In this document: in pieces, positions 26,101 through 41,414 of the stretch
Layout of the letters: every line of letters begins with the position of its first letter
How positions within the stretch are numbered: position 1 is the first letter of the stretch
NCBI GenBank assembly: GCA_964016885.1
Contig: OZ024743.1
Span: forward strand, 205,034,001-205,098,000
Direction of reading: 5' to 3'
From: Eledone cirrhosa
Lineage: Eukaryota
Length of the DNA stretch: 64,000 nt
Translations under genes and position numbers: made by a program
The notes under the pieces: model-generated
Database searches by the model: none
Seen by the model: the letters and a program-made list of their open reading frames with translations, nothing else
What the model was told of the DNA's origin: nothing

Positions 26101-28291
26101 TAGTGACATTTTAATGTGTTTTTAATGGTGTTTTAAGCGAGTTTCTGATTTAGTTTAAATTTAAATATTTGATGGTCCTTCTAATGGGCTTTAATGGATG
26201 TGTAATGTGTTTAATGCAATTTTAATGGGGTTTAATGGGGGTAGTAGGTTTCAATGGGTTTTAATGGAGTTTTAATGGCTAGTGCTCTTTTTTTTAGAGT
26301 TTTTAATGGTGTTTTTAATGGTTTTTCATTGAGCTTTTAATTGCGTTTTTAATTGCGTTTTTAATCTAGTTTTAAAATTGAGTTTTAATGGGTTTTTCAA
26401 TTAGGTTTTTAATGGATTTATAATGGTGTTTTTTACGGACCCTTTAATTTTTTATAATGGGTTTTCAATGCCGTTTTAATGGTGTTTTTTAATGGTATCC
26501 TTAATGACGCTTCGATAAGTTTCAATGTTATTTTAATGGGGTTTTGATTGATTTTTTAATGGAGTTTTTTTTAATGAACTTTTATTGGGGTTTTCAATCA
26601 GGTTTTTAACTGAATTTTTAATGTTTTTCAATTAGATTTTTTATGGAGTTTTTATGGGCTTTTTAATGAGTTTTTAATGGTGTGCTAATTGAGTTTTCAA
26701 TTACCTTTTTAATTGAGTATAAAATCGAGTTTTTACTAAGTTTTTAATGAATTTTAATGGAATTTTAATGGGGTTTCCAATGGACTTTTAATTGTGTTTT
26801 AATGGGGTTTTAAAATTGGTTTTTAGTTCATTTTTCAGGGGCTTTTAATGGGGCTTAATGGGGGTTTAATGGGGGATTTAATTGAGTTTTTAATGGAGTT
26901 TAATAGAGTTTATAATGGAGGTTTTAATGGAGTTTTTAATGAAGTTTTAATGTAGTTTTTAATGAGGTTTTTAATGACGATTTTAATGGCGTTCTTAATG
27001 GCGTTTTAATGGTATTTTATGGCATTTTAATGACGGTTGTAATGGTTTTTAATGGAGTGTTAATTGGTTATTAATTGTATTTTAATGGGTTTTATGAGCT
27101 TTTTAATGGACTTTTTAGTGGTGTTTTTAATGGAGTTTTTAATGGGTCTTTTAATGGAATTTGCAATGTAGTTTTTAATGGTGTTTTCAATTGTATTTTT
27201 AATGACGTTTTAATGGTGTTTTTTATGGCGTTTTAATAGGATTTTTAATTGGTTTTTTAAAGGACTATTATTATGGGTTTTTTATGTAATTTTATAATGG
27301 GATTTTCAGTAGGGTTTTTAATTGGATTTTTAATGGAGTTTATAATATGGTTTTTAATTGGATTTTTAAAGAATTTATAATTGCGGTTTTAATATAGTGT
27401 TTAATGGAGTATTTAATTGGTTTTTAATGGTAATTTTAATGGAGTGTTTAATGTGTTTTTAATGGGGGATGAGGGGGGTAAAATGCAGGTTTTAATTGAG
27501 TTATCAATGGAGTTTTTAATGACATTTTTAATTACGTTTTAATAGCGTTTTATGACGTTTTAATGACGTTTTAATGGTTTTTTAATTGGGTTTTGGGTTT
27601 TGGGAGCTTCTAATTAGGTTTTAAATGGGGTTTTCAATGAGGTTTTTAGTGGAATTTTTAATGGGCCTTTAATGTATTTTTAATGGGATTTTAATGTTTT
27701 TAATGGTATTTTAAATGCTGTTTTAATGTTTCTTTTATGGCCTTTTAATTGGGTTTTTGATTGAGTTTTTAATGGATTTTTTTTAACGAGAATTATGAAG
27801 TTTAATGGGTTTCCAGTGTGTTTTAAATGAAGTTTTTGATAATATTTTTAATGGAATTTTAATGGCGGTTATGGGATTTTAATGGGTTCTGGTGGTATTT
27901 TTGTGGGTTTTAATGGGGTGTTAAATGGTTTTAATGTTGTTTTACTTGCGCTTTCGATTACGTTTACAATTAAGTTTTTACTGTTTTTAATTGGATTTTT
28001 AATGGATTTTAATGTGGTTTTTAATGGAATTTTAATTGTGTTTTAATATAGTTTTTAATGGGTTTCGGATGTAGCTTTTAATGGTGGTTTAGTGTGCTTT
28101 TTATTGGGTTTTTAATGAGTTTTTATGAGCTTTTCAATGGAGTTTTTAATGGTGTTTATATATATATATATATACATACATATATATGTATATATATATA
28201 TTTACACATATATATGTGTATATATATATGTGTATATATATATTTACACATATATATGTGTATATATATATTTACACATATATATGTGTAT

Positions 28292-28349
<58 letters not shown>

Positions 28350-28350
28350 T

Positions 28351-28422
<72 letters not shown>

Positions 28423-28549
28423 TATATATATATATATATATATTAAATATATATATATATATATATTAAATATATATATATATATATATATATTAAATAA
28501 ATATATATATATATATATATATTAAATATATATATATATATATATATAT

Positions 28550-28592
<43 letters not shown>

Positions 28593-29270
28593 CACTTTCA
28601 TGTTACACACTATATATAAACTGGGATTTATATTTTGCGTTAGTGCCATATTAAGCTGACAACGATATATTCGTATCTTAAAAAATATTTTTTTTAGATC
28701 ACATTGTTCTAGATATTATTAAAATTATTAAATCTATTTTCAATTTGCACGAACACTTGCATATACTACATACATACATTTATATAGACACTAACACAAA
28801 TATTAGCATATACATAATTTCTTAGTCATTGAGGATGTGTTTTTATACATACATATGCATATTGCATACATACATACACACATACAAGCATATACATAGA
28901 CATACACACACACATATATACACACACTGTATATATATATATACATACACACACACACACATATATATATACACACACACACTATATATATATATAGTGT
29001 GTGGTGTATATATATATATGTGTGTGTGTATGTATATATATACAGTGTGTGTATATATATGTGTGTGTATGTGTATGTATATGCTTGTATGTGTGTATGT
29101 ATGGATGCAATATGCATATGTATGTATAAAAAACACATCCTCAATTACTAAGAAAATATGTATATGCTAATATTTGTGTTATATACATATATATATGTAT
29201 ATATATATATACGCACACACTATATATATATATATACATACACACTATATATATATATATACACACACAC

Positions 29271-29317
<47 letters not shown>

Positions 29318-32300
29318 AATCCCATTAAAAACCACATTAAAAATTCAATTAAAAATCTATTTTGAAAAACCCATTAAAAACCCCATTATAAGCTCATAAA
29401 ACACTCCATTAAAACCCCAACCAAACCCCCCATTAAAACACAATTAAAACATCATTAAGAATGCCAATAAAAGCGCCATTAAAAACCACATTGGAAACCC
29501 ATAAAAACCCAATTAAAACAAAATTAAAGTTTCCATTAAAAGTCCCCATCAAAACTCCATTAAAACCCCCATTAAACCCCCCCCCCTCGAAAAGACATTA
29601 AAACCTCAAATTTAAACCGAAATAAAAACTCAATTAAAACGCAATTAAAAACTCAATTAAAACACCATTAAAAACACAATTAAAAGCCCATTAAACCAAT
29701 TAAAATTGCATTAACACACCACTAAGGTTCCATTGGAAAACCATTAAAAATGTCATTAAAAACTACACTGAAAACCCATTAAACCCCTATTAAAAGCGCA
29801 CCCAAAACTTTATAAAAAAACAAATAAAAACCCCATTAAAATACCATTAAAACGGCATAAAACACCATTAAAACTACATTAAAACTCAATTAAAAATTCC
29901 ATTTAAATCTCCATTATAAACTCAATTAAAACTCCATTAAAACTCAATTAAAAACTCCATTAAAAACACACACACATGAAGTTACATGCTGGCTTGCACA
30001 CTTATAGCGATTGCTATTTCCTTTTAATTTCATTAAAACTAGGATGTTTTAGAAAGATAAAAACAAAACTGAATAATGAAGAGACTAGGGAGGGGTAAAG
30101 AAAGGCAGATCAGGCTGTAGAGGACAGTAGGGGGAGAAGAGGGAAGAGACTTGGGAGGGGTAAAGAAAGGCAGATCTGGCTGTAGAGGACAGTAGGGGGA
30201 GAAGAGTGAGAAATAAACTAAATTATAAACTAAGTTATAAACTAAATTATAAACTAAATTAAAAACTCAATAAAATAAAATAAAATAAAATAAAATAAAA
30301 TAAAATAAAATAAAATAAAATAAAATAAAATAAAATAAAATAAAATAAAATAAAAAATAAAATAAAATAAAATAAAATAAAATAAAATAAAATAAAATAA
30401 AATAAAATAAAATAAAAAAAATAAAATAAAATAAAATAAAAAAAACTAAAAAATATAAATAAAATAAAATAAAATAAATAAAATAAAATAAAATAAAATA
30501 AAATAAAAAAAATAAAAATAAAATAAAATAAAAAAAAATAAAAAAAAATTAAATATAAAAAATAAATAAAATAAAATAAAATAAGAACTCAATTAAAAAC
30601 TCAGTAAAAACTCAATTAAAAACTCAATTAAAAACTCAATCGAAGCACCATTAAAACACCATTAAAAACTCCACTATAAACCCACTAAACCCATTAAAAA
30701 CCAATTAAAAATTCAATTACACATCCCATTAGAAATTTCATTAAAAACTCAATTAAAAGTTCCATTGAAAACACATTCAAAACCCATTAACCCCATATTA
30801 AAAGTTCATAAAACTCTATTAAAAACCCAATAACAAACCAATTAAAACGCCATTAAAACGCCACAAAACAATAAAATGTCATAAAAACGCCATTAAAACA
30901 TCACAAAAAGCCCAACTAAAAAACCATTAATAATGTCATTAAAAATTCCATAAAAATCCATTAAAAACTCCACTAAAAGCCCATTAAAAAGTTCATTAAA
31001 AGCCATATTATAAATTTCATAAAAAACAATTGAAAACCCCATTATTTATGAGCCTTTTTTATGAGTTTTTAATAGTGTTTTAATTCAGTTTTTAATTGCG
31101 TTTAAAATTGGGTTTTAATGGCTTTTTAATGGTGTTTTAATGGAATTTTAATGTGATTTTCGATGGTGTTTAATGGGTTTTTTATGGAGTTTTTAATTGG
31201 GTTTTCAATGGTGTTGTTTATGAGTTTTTAAATGGGTTTTTAATGGAATTTTTGATTGCATATATAATGAAATTTTTAATAGATTCAAGGATGTTTTAAT
31301 GGAGTTTTTAATGGTCTTTTTAATGGCGTTTTAATTGTGTTTTTATGGTGTTTAAATGCGTTTTAATGATTTTTAATTGGGTTTTTAATGGAGTATTTTT
31401 AATGAGCTCTTAATGGATTTTTCAATTGGATACTTAATGGGTTTTAATGGAATTTATAATAAGGGTTCTAATTGACTTTAAATATGATTTTTAATGGAGT
31501 TTTTAATGAAATTTCTAATGGTGTTTTTAATTGCGTTCCCCCCCGTGAGGGTTTTAATGGCATTTTAAATGACATTTTAATGAGTTTTTATGATGTTTTA
31601 ATGGCGTTGTAATTATTTTTAATTGGGTTTTTAATATAATTTTGTATGAGCTTTTAATGGGGGTTATCAATGTTGTTTTTAATGGAGTGTTTAATGGAAT
31701 TTTAATGGGGGTTTGATAAAAAAAATTAATTGCTTTTTAATTTAATTTTTAATGCGTTTTTGATGGTGTTTAAGTGCGTTCATGATGATCTTTTTAATGG
31801 ATTTTTAATGGGGTTTTAATTGACTTTTTAATGGTGTTTTCAATGTAATTTTTAATGATAGTTTAATGGTGTTTTAATGACGTTTTAATTGTGTTTTTTA
31901 TGGTGTTTTAGTGACGTTTAAATAGGATTTTTAATTGGTTTTTTAATTGAGTATTTATATGAGTTTTCACTGGTGTTTTTAATGGGTTTTTCAATATTGC
32001 ATTTAATGAAATTTTTAATATGGTTTCAAATGGAATTTTTAATGTGTTTTTAATTGGGTTTCTAGTGACGTTTTTAATGGTACTTTAAATGACGTTTTAA
32101 TGACTTTTATGGCGTTTTAATGGGTTTTTTAATTGGGTTTTTAATGTAGTTTTTTAAAAGATCTTTACTTGGAATTTTATGGGTTTTCAATGCGGTTTTT
32201 AATGGTATATTAATGGAGTTTTTGGTGTGGTTGTTAATGGTATTAGTGACATTTTAATGTGTTTTTAATGGTGTTTTAAGCGAGTTTCTGATTTAGTTTA

Positions 32301-34445
32301 AATTTAAATATTTGATGGTCCTTCTAATGGGCTTTAATGGATGTGTAATGTGTTTAATGCAATTTTAATGGGGTTTAATGGGGGTAGTAGGTTTCAATGT
32401 GTTTTAATGGAGTTTTAATGGCTAGTGCTCTTTTTTTAAGAGTTTTTAATGGTGTTTTTAATGGTTTTTCATTGAGCTTTTAATTGCGTTTTTAATTGCG
32501 TTTTTAATCTAGTTTAAAAATTGAGTTTTAATGGGTTTTTCAATTAGGTTTTTAATGGATTTATAATGGTGTTTTTTACGGATCCTTTAATTTTTTATAA
32601 TGGGTTTTCAATGCCGTTTTAATGGTGTTTTTTAATGGTATCCTTAATGACGCTTCGATAAGTTTCAATGTTATTTTAATGGGGTTTTGATTGATTTTTT
32701 AATGGAGTTTTTTTAATGAACTTTTATTGGGGTTTTCAATCAGGTTTTTAACTGAATTTTTAATTTTTTTCAATTAGATTTTTTATGGAGTTTTTATGGG
32801 CTTTTTAATGAGTTTTTAATGGTGTGCTAATTGAGTTTTCAATTACCTTTTTAATTGAGTATAAAATCGAGTTTTTACTAAGTTTTTAATGAATTTTTAA
32901 TGGAATTTTAATGGGGGTTTCCAATGGACTTTTAATTGTGTTTTAATGGGGTTTTAAAATTGGTTTTTAGTTGCATTTTTCAGGGGCTTTTAATGGGGCT
33001 TAATGGGGGTTTAATGGGGGATTTAATTGAGTTTTTAATGGAGTTTAATAGAGTTTATAATGGAGGTTTTAATGGAGTTTTTAATGAAGTTTTAATGTAG
33101 TTTTTAATGAGGTTTTTAATGACGATTTTAATGGCGTTCTTAATGGCGTTTTAATGGTATTTTATGGCATTTTAATGACGGTTGTAATGGTTTTTAATGG
33201 AGTGTTAATTGGTTATTAATTGTATTTTAATGGGTTTTATAAGCTTTTTAATGGGTTTTAGTGATGTTTTTAATGGAGTTTTTAATGGTCTTTTAATGGA
33301 ATTTGCAATGTATTTTTTAATGGTGTTTTCAATTGTATTTTTAATGACGTTTTAATGGTGTTTTTTATGGCGTTTTAATAGGATTTTTAATTGGTTTTTT
33401 AAAGGACTATTATTATGGGTTTTTTATGTAATTTTATAATGGGATTTTCAGTAGGGTTTTTAATTGGATTTTTAATGGAGTTTATAATATGGTTTTTAAT
33501 TGGATTTTTAAAGAATTTATAATTGCGGTTTTAATATAGTGTTTAATGGAGTATTTAATTGGTTTTTAATGGTAATTTTAATGGAGTGTTTAATGTGTTT
33601 TTAATGGGGGAGGAGGGGGGTAAAATGCAGTTTTTAATTGAGTTATCAATGGAGTTTTTAATGACATTTTTTATGACGTTTTAATAGCGTTTTATGACGT
33701 TTTAATGACGTTTTAATGGTTTTTTTTATTGGGTTTTGGGAGTTTTTATGAGCTTCTAATTAGGTTTTAAATGGGGTTTTCAATGAGGTTTTTAGTGGAA
33801 TTTTTAATGGGCCTTTAATGTATTTTTAATGGGATTTTAATGTTTTTTATGGCGTTTTTAATGGTATTTTAAATGCTGTTTTAATGTTTCTTTTATGGCC
33901 TTTTAATTGGGTTTTTGATTGAGTTTTTAATGGATTTTTTTTAACGAGAATTATGAAGTTTAATGGGTTTCCAGTGTGTTTTAAATGAAGTTTTTGATAA
34001 TATTTTTAATGGAATTTTAATGGCGGTTATGGGATTTTAATGGGTTCTGGTGGTATTTTTGTGGGTTTTAATGGGGTGTTAAATGGTTTTAATGTTGTTT
34101 TACTTGCGCTTTCGATTACGTTTACAATTAAGTTTTTACTGTTTTTAATTGGATTTTTAATGGATTTTAATGTGGTTTTTAATGGAATTTTAATGGTGTT
34201 TTAATATAGTTTTTAATGGGTTTCGGATGTAGCTTTTAATGGTGGTTTAGTGTGCTTTTTATTGGGTTTTTAATGAGTTTTTATGAGCTTTTCAATGGAG
34301 TTTTTAATGGTGTTTATATATATATATACATACATATATATGTATATATATATATTTACACATATATATGTGTATATATATATGTGTATATATATATTTA
34401 CACATATATATGTGTATATATATATTTACACATATATATGTGTAT

Positions 34446-34478
<33 letters not shown>

Positions 34479-34662
34479 ATAAATCTACCAAGAGTTTACG
34501 GTAGTGTCCAATCCGTATGAAGAACTCAATGTATTCCGGATATCATGGAAAGAAGAAATGTAATGAAAAATCACTTTCGGTGAAAGATAAACGGTATACA
34601 GAGTCAAGATAAAATATTAAACAAATAATGAATAAACAATTCCTTATATTAAACAAAAAAAG

Positions 34663-34816
34663 TTCATTATTTAACGATCGTTTCTAGGATATATATGTGT
34701 TAGAGTTGGCATGCATATTCAACAGATCTATGTACAAAATTATACAAAATTATACAAACTATCAAGATTAAATATACATACCAACACATATATACGCCGT
34801 CTTCAGAAATAATGAA
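34663..34816 (-). ncRNA. Type I hammerhead ribozyme with very long stem II (PLE-A 3' end)
   Basis: Minus strand: UUCAUUAUUU-CUGAAGA-[~115-nt hairpin]-GAAA-CGAUCG-UU^AAAUAAUGAA; 10-bp stem I, intact core, palindromic stem III, GUU triplet. Confidence 0.8.
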
Positions 34817-35460
34817 ATATATTTATTGATAATAACAACAATTCAAACTTTCAGGTCCGTTTGGGAACAAAATTGACCAATGAAAATACAAAAGGTTTAA
34901 TGCCGTTCGGTGTGTGTATATACATGTAATAACCCTTACACATATTTTACAAAAATGTATGCACAACCTGTATACTCATACAAAAAGGATGGATGCAAAT
35001 ACAAAATTTCAAGGTTAATGTCTCTGTAAGTTTATAATGCACAGATAAGATGCGTATAGATACATAAATATGAAATAAATGTATACACATATTTTCATAC
35101 TAACACATATCCGTACAATCACACATACACGCGCGTATATGCATAAACATACACATAAACTACAAACATACAAACACACACACACCACCACTCACATATA
35201 TATATGTGGATATAAAATCCTAAGCACATGGATATTAATTCACTCACATAAACACTGGCACACACATTTAGATAAAGATACAGAAATTAGGTGGGAGGGG
35301 GGGGAGGTCAGTATTCAACAGTTTGGGCTGCCTGCTTAATATAGATGTATCTATAAACTAAGAAAATAAAAAATAATAATAAATAATAAATAAACATTAA
35401 AAAGGAAAGAAAAGAAAAAGAAAAAAGAAAAAAGAAAGAAGAAAGAAATATATCAAGAAA

Positions 35461-35491
<31 letters not shown>

Positions 35492-35720
35492 TCCACATAT
35501 ATATACCTATATATATATATACACATACATATACACATACATACACATACATACACACACACCCACACATATACATATACACATACACATATACAAACAC
35601 TTACATACATATACACACATCCACACTTAGAATATAACATACACACACATATATAAACATATACATATACACACATAGATACAAATACACTCATACATAT
35701 AAATACACATATATATATAC

Positions 35721-35773
<53 letters not shown>

Positions 35774-36066
35774 CATACACTCATACATAGGCATATAATC
35801 ACACATACTATATAGACACACATATATATACACACATACATACACATATACCTACACTTACATACATATATACATACAGATAAACACATACATACCTATA
35901 TATACACACACAAATACATACAGACATATATACATACATACAGACAAATACTTACGCATCTATATATCGGTATATACATACAAACACCACTACACTCTCA
36001 CACAACTCAGACATACAAAGAAAAAGGTATATACCCATACACATATACATATACAAATAGAGAAAC

Positions 36067-36098
<32 letters not shown>

Positions 36099-36404
36099 AT
36101 ATACATATACATATATATATATATATACATACATATACATATACACATACACACATACACATACAAACACATACATACACGTACACATACATAGATATAT
36201 ATACACACACATACACACATACACATACATATATAGTCATACACACACATACACCTACACGAACATACACATACACATATACAAAGATATATATACACAC
36301 ACACACACACATACACACACACACATATATATTAAAAAAAAAATAAAAAAAAAAAAAAATATATATAAAAAAAAAATAAAGATATATATATATATATATA
36401 TACG

Positions 36405-36458
<54 letters not shown>

Positions 36459-36907
36459 CACATACATACACACATACATAGACATATACGTACATACATA
36501 CATATACATAGATACATACACATACATACATACATATATATATATATACACACATAGACATATACATACATACACACACGACATACATACACACATATAT
36601 ACTCATACATAGAATTAGATATATAAACATACATACATACGCACTTACATATACTCATATATACCAATACAAACGCATCCATATATGCGTATATACATAG
36701 AAACACCACTACACCCTCACCCAATTCAGATATACAAAGAAAAAGGCATATACATATACATATAAACACGCATCAATAGAGATATATATACACATATATA
36801 CATATATATATATATGTGTGTACACACATACACTTATATACATATACCCACACACACATACAACCATAAATACACATACAAACACCCACATATATAAATA
36901 TATACAC

Positions 36908-36938
<31 letters not shown>

Positions 36939-37081
36939 TAAAAGACAGACATGCACACATATATATTTTTTTATACACATATATATACACATATATATAC
37001 ACATATACACACCCTCACATATACACATACACATAAGTTATATTATAATAATAAATAATATATATATATATATACACATAC

Positions 37082-37112
<31 letters not shown>

Positions 37113-38848
37113 CATATATATATATATACACACACACACATATGAATATAGACATATAAACACACATAGATATATATACATACATATATACACATACATA
37201 TACACACACACACATATACACATTCACATATACATGTGTGTGCATACACACATATATATACATACACACATATACACATAAACACATATATGTGTATACA
37301 TGCACACACACACATATATCCACATAGATACGAAGATATACATATAAATAGAGAGACATACATATATATACACACACACACATATACATACATACATACA
37401 CACACATATATATATATATACATATACATATATATATATATACATATATACACATATATATATATATATATATATACACATACAGACATACTCATACACA
37501 TACATATACACACATGCATATATACACACATATACAGATACATACACACATATATATATATACACACACAATCATACATTCTTATTTGCATGCGCATATA
37601 TGTATTTTTATATTCAGATATAAATACCCAAATATATATACACACCTACCTACATATATATTCATACATACACGCTTCCAAACACAGATGATAATAGTAT
37701 GGGGGAAAGGGGGGGGGGGTGGAGAAGGGGATTATAGTAAATATATGTTTCAAGAAACATAGAATATTCTCTGTATCTAGATCCAATGTATGTTTATACA
37801 TAGTATCAGTGTTAGGAAATACAATAAACAAGGAATAAGGCAAAATTTATGCAATTCAAAATAAATAAGTATACCATTAATTATATGTTAACTAAACTAA
37901 AGATAGTTAACATATTGATTTCTAAGGTGTAAATTAGTTAGGTTTATAATATTTGAAGCAGAATTTTGAAGTTAAATAGTAGTAGAGTATTAATTATAGT
38001 ATAACTAAATTAAAGTTAATAACTTTATGGTATCAATATTAGGAAATGAATTTAGTAATAGGGAAAAAAACAAATAAAGTATTACATCGGTAGTAGAATA
38101 TAAAATATAGGTTAATTAAATTAAAAATTATATATTTATTTCTATAGTATATGTTAATTAGGTATATAATAAATAAAACAGATATTGTATTTTATCAATA
38201 GCAGAATATAATTATATGCAAATAGAGATCAAAATTAATACATATACATATACATATACATACACATATATATATATACACATATATATACATATATATA
38301 TATACATATATACACACATACATACGCACACACATACACATACACATATACATATACGTATTTTTTCAAAAATTGCAAAGAATATATTAACTAGGTATAA
38401 ATCCAAAACACATCCCATTCTATGATTAGATGACATTCTGCAATTCGTCTGTATAAGGATATTAATTTTAAGCCAATTAAATTAAATTTTTAGGTTGATT
38501 AAAATTAAAACCAAATTATAAATATATTTCTAAAATGTATATTAATTAGGTCTATATTACTAAAAATTATTTCTCTGTCATTGGATACACTATATTTTGT
38601 TATATTTTATCTGTAAAAGAATTATAATTAAAAAAAAAAAAAAAAAAAAAAAATTATAATAAAAGGTTTAAATAAATTAAAATTAATCTATAAATTAAAA
38701 TACTAAGTATATATTAGTAATATTTAAAGGTTTTTCACAATTTATGATTACATAATATTTTATATTCTCATCTGTAATAGAATTTTAATTAAATTAAATT
38801 TATAGGTTAACTAACAATTAAATTAAATTAATTTCTAAAATAATGTTA

Positions 38849-41166
38849 TTAATTAGGTTTATATTTAATTGTTTTTTTTAGTTTATGATTACACGATATA
38901 ATTAATTCCTGTCGTTTATTTAATAGGATATCCTTAGATTTCATTATTTCAAATAGTTCTTGGGAACATAATCTACATTCATTTCTATTATTTTGATAAG
39001 GGGTGGCTCTTTTGAGCACACTCCAGGTCAAATCATATTCTATATTCTTATTTTTATAACTATTGATTTTTTCTGCTAGAGATGTTGTATTAGCCAGTGC
39101 GGCATTTTTAAAACTATGCTTATGGGTATTAAACCTTGTCTTAAAATTGTTAGAGGTAGCTCCTATATATGAGCAAATAGAATCTTTAGTTTTAACATTA
39201 CATTTATAGACTATGTTGTTAACAAGACAATTCCCTTTTAATGGGCAGTTTGCTTTGTTTCTACAGTTACAACCTTTCGTTAATTCTGTATTTGAGGAGA
39301 TATTATGGTTAATTTGATGTACTGGTGGTATACTTATGGTTTTCTTACATTTATATGCATTATAGGCACTTATATTTTGTTTTATGTTATTTGTTGTAGA
39401 GTATGAGAATTTAACTGTAGACCTATTTAAGATTTGATGGTATTTGTGGTTTGGCGGGAAGTTTTTCTCTAGGATATAAAAAAATTTTTTAGCAATATTA
39501 TCCTTAATTTGTAAATTAAATGGAGCATTATACCAAGTAACCCGTCTATTACGGTTTCTATGTTGTTTATTATTTTTATTATTTTTATAGGTTGTATCGT
39601 GATTTTTACTAGGAGGATTAATGTTAATGAACTCACCACAACCATTTTTAGTTATATTTGTAGATTTAGGTGTTTTATCCTTTTTATTAGGAGTTTTATT
39701 AATATGATAAGTAGTTTTTTGAGAGTTACTATACTTTATATTAGAAGATTTGGTATTTTGGGGTATAGTGTGGGTGGCATTTAGGTGTGTACTTTTCATT
39801 TGGTGTTTGTTGGTAATATTAGGTTGTATGCTTTCAGTATTTTTAGTAGAAGGTATATATTCTAATCTATTTTTGTGGCCACTTCTATCTAGAGCTTCGT
39901 TATAGAAGGTCGCATTTTTATCAAATACATCTTGGTTAGAAGAAAGGTTAGAAATTCTAAGTGATATATTATATGCAAGGTTTTTAAGGATAGATTTAGG
40001 GTGATTAGATTGTGAGTGTATGTAATGTAAGTTTTGGTTTGGTTTATGGTAAGGTTGGTAGATACCCGTAGCTAAATCTAAAGTTATATCTAGGAAATTT
40101 ACTACTTTACTTGTTTTTTCAAAAGTAATATTAAGATTATAATAGTCTTTAAGGAAAGTTCTAATATGTTTTTTGTTTTTTTCAATTTCTGAAAGGCTAA
40201 GGTTGTTAGAAAGAAGAAGACAGTCATCACGATATAAACCACCTTTGAGGTGGGGAAAGGAGGCATTTATGTTGAAAAGGAGAAAGAGGCCCACAAGATC
40301 AGTAATTTGGGCGGAATCGCTTGAACCCATAGTAATATCAAAAAGATTACTATATGTGTTTCTGGTCCAGTATTCATTCTGAAATTCAATAAGTGTTAGT
40401 CTAGCATGTGTAATAATATTAATGTCATCCAAAGTTAAGTTAGATCTATTTTTAGCAAATATCAATTCAGGAGTATAGGTGATATAGAAGAATAGTAATT
40501 ATCTATATCAAATTGTAGAAATGAAGCAGAAGATTTACATCTAATATTTTTAAACCAGTTAATTACCTGGGAAGTGTTTTCCCAGAGTGGTAAAATAACG
40601 TGTTTTCTTATTTGTGGGATGACTCTATCCAAAATTTTTTTGCTAATTATTCCAATATCTGATTTGGAGGGACATATAAGTCTAATAGAAGGATTTGAGT
40701 TAAAATTTGATTTATGATCCTTCAGGTTGAAGTGTAGTCTTTTCAATGCCAAAGGTTCAGTTCTATCTTCAATGTTTAGTTTTTTTACTATGTTGTGTGT
40801 TTTGTTGTTGATGTTGGTGAGTGACGCATTATTAGATTTTTTATAATTTTTTCTGAGTTCTTTATATATGAATTCATTATAATGTTCAATATCCATATGA
40901 TACAAGTTACCAGTTTTGTCCGAGTGGACATGGATTTTTTTAGACTTTTTTAGGTCCAATAGGGTAGAATCAAGGTCCTTTTGAAAGACGGATTTATACT
41001 TTTTAAATTTGAGGTGTTTAATTAAATTAAAAAGGTCTTTCTCGAAGTCTTCAAGTAAAAAGTTGTGTGGTGGATTCTTGTAAGTATTGAAATCATACAT
41101 ATATTTCCGATCTGCTTGTTTAGATTTTCTATCGAGGTGGTAGGCTCTCCATCTAACCCTTCTGAT
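38849..41166 (-). pseudogene. PLE polyprotein (reverse transcriptase + GIY-YIG endonuclease), one frameshift at ~40463, N-terminus lost
   Basis: Frame is open upstream of the ORF-track start to IRRVRWRAY at 41166. RT motifs QFDIDNYYSSI, FDITMGSSDSA, LYRDD, VNFLDI; linker CNCRNKANCPLKGNC; IVY...YIG, R..H; C-terminal CRLC..E...LNKR.E...CNH. Confidence 0.92.
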
Positions 41167-41380
41167 ATATTATATATATATTATATATTATATATATATT
41201 ATATATATATTATATATTATATATATATTATATATATATATATTATATATATATATATATTATATATATATTATATATATATATATATTATATATTATAT
41301 ATATATTATATATATATATATATTATATATTATATATATATTATATATATATATATATATATTATATATTATATATATAT

Positions 41381-41414
<34 letters not shown>

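Larger units (their letters stand above)
1..34474. repeat. Macrosatellite, ~6.1-kb unit, 5 full periods + 1 partial (open at window start)
   Basis: Anchor gaaaaccattaaaaatgtc recurs at 1, 6162, 12268, 17184, 23602, 29736 (periods 6161, 6106, 4916, 6418, 6134). Units are near-identical apart from microsatellite length and a few indels. Array stops inside the (TA)n tract of unit 6 where a PLE begins. Confidence 0.97.
34475..41166 (-). mobile_element. Penelope-like retroelement family A, copy 1 (Naiad-like), 5'-truncated, ~4.4-kb 3' region
   Basis: RT + GIY-YIG reading frames at 38849-41166. Non-coding 34475-38848 is collinear with the region downstream of copy 2 (49694-53154), and the terminus matches 54590-54728 in reverse. 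Both ends abut (TA)n. Confidence 0.92.

Noticed and set aside
34505-34550. SECIS-like AUGA...GA hairpin on the minus strand of the PLE end
   Set aside because: Apical AA spacing is wrong and no in-frame UGA needs it.
40455-40470. TGA as selenocysteine in PLE ORFs (reported for some Naiads), also at 53577
   Set aside because: Both TGAs coincide with frame changes caused by deletions; the downstream protein is in another frame.
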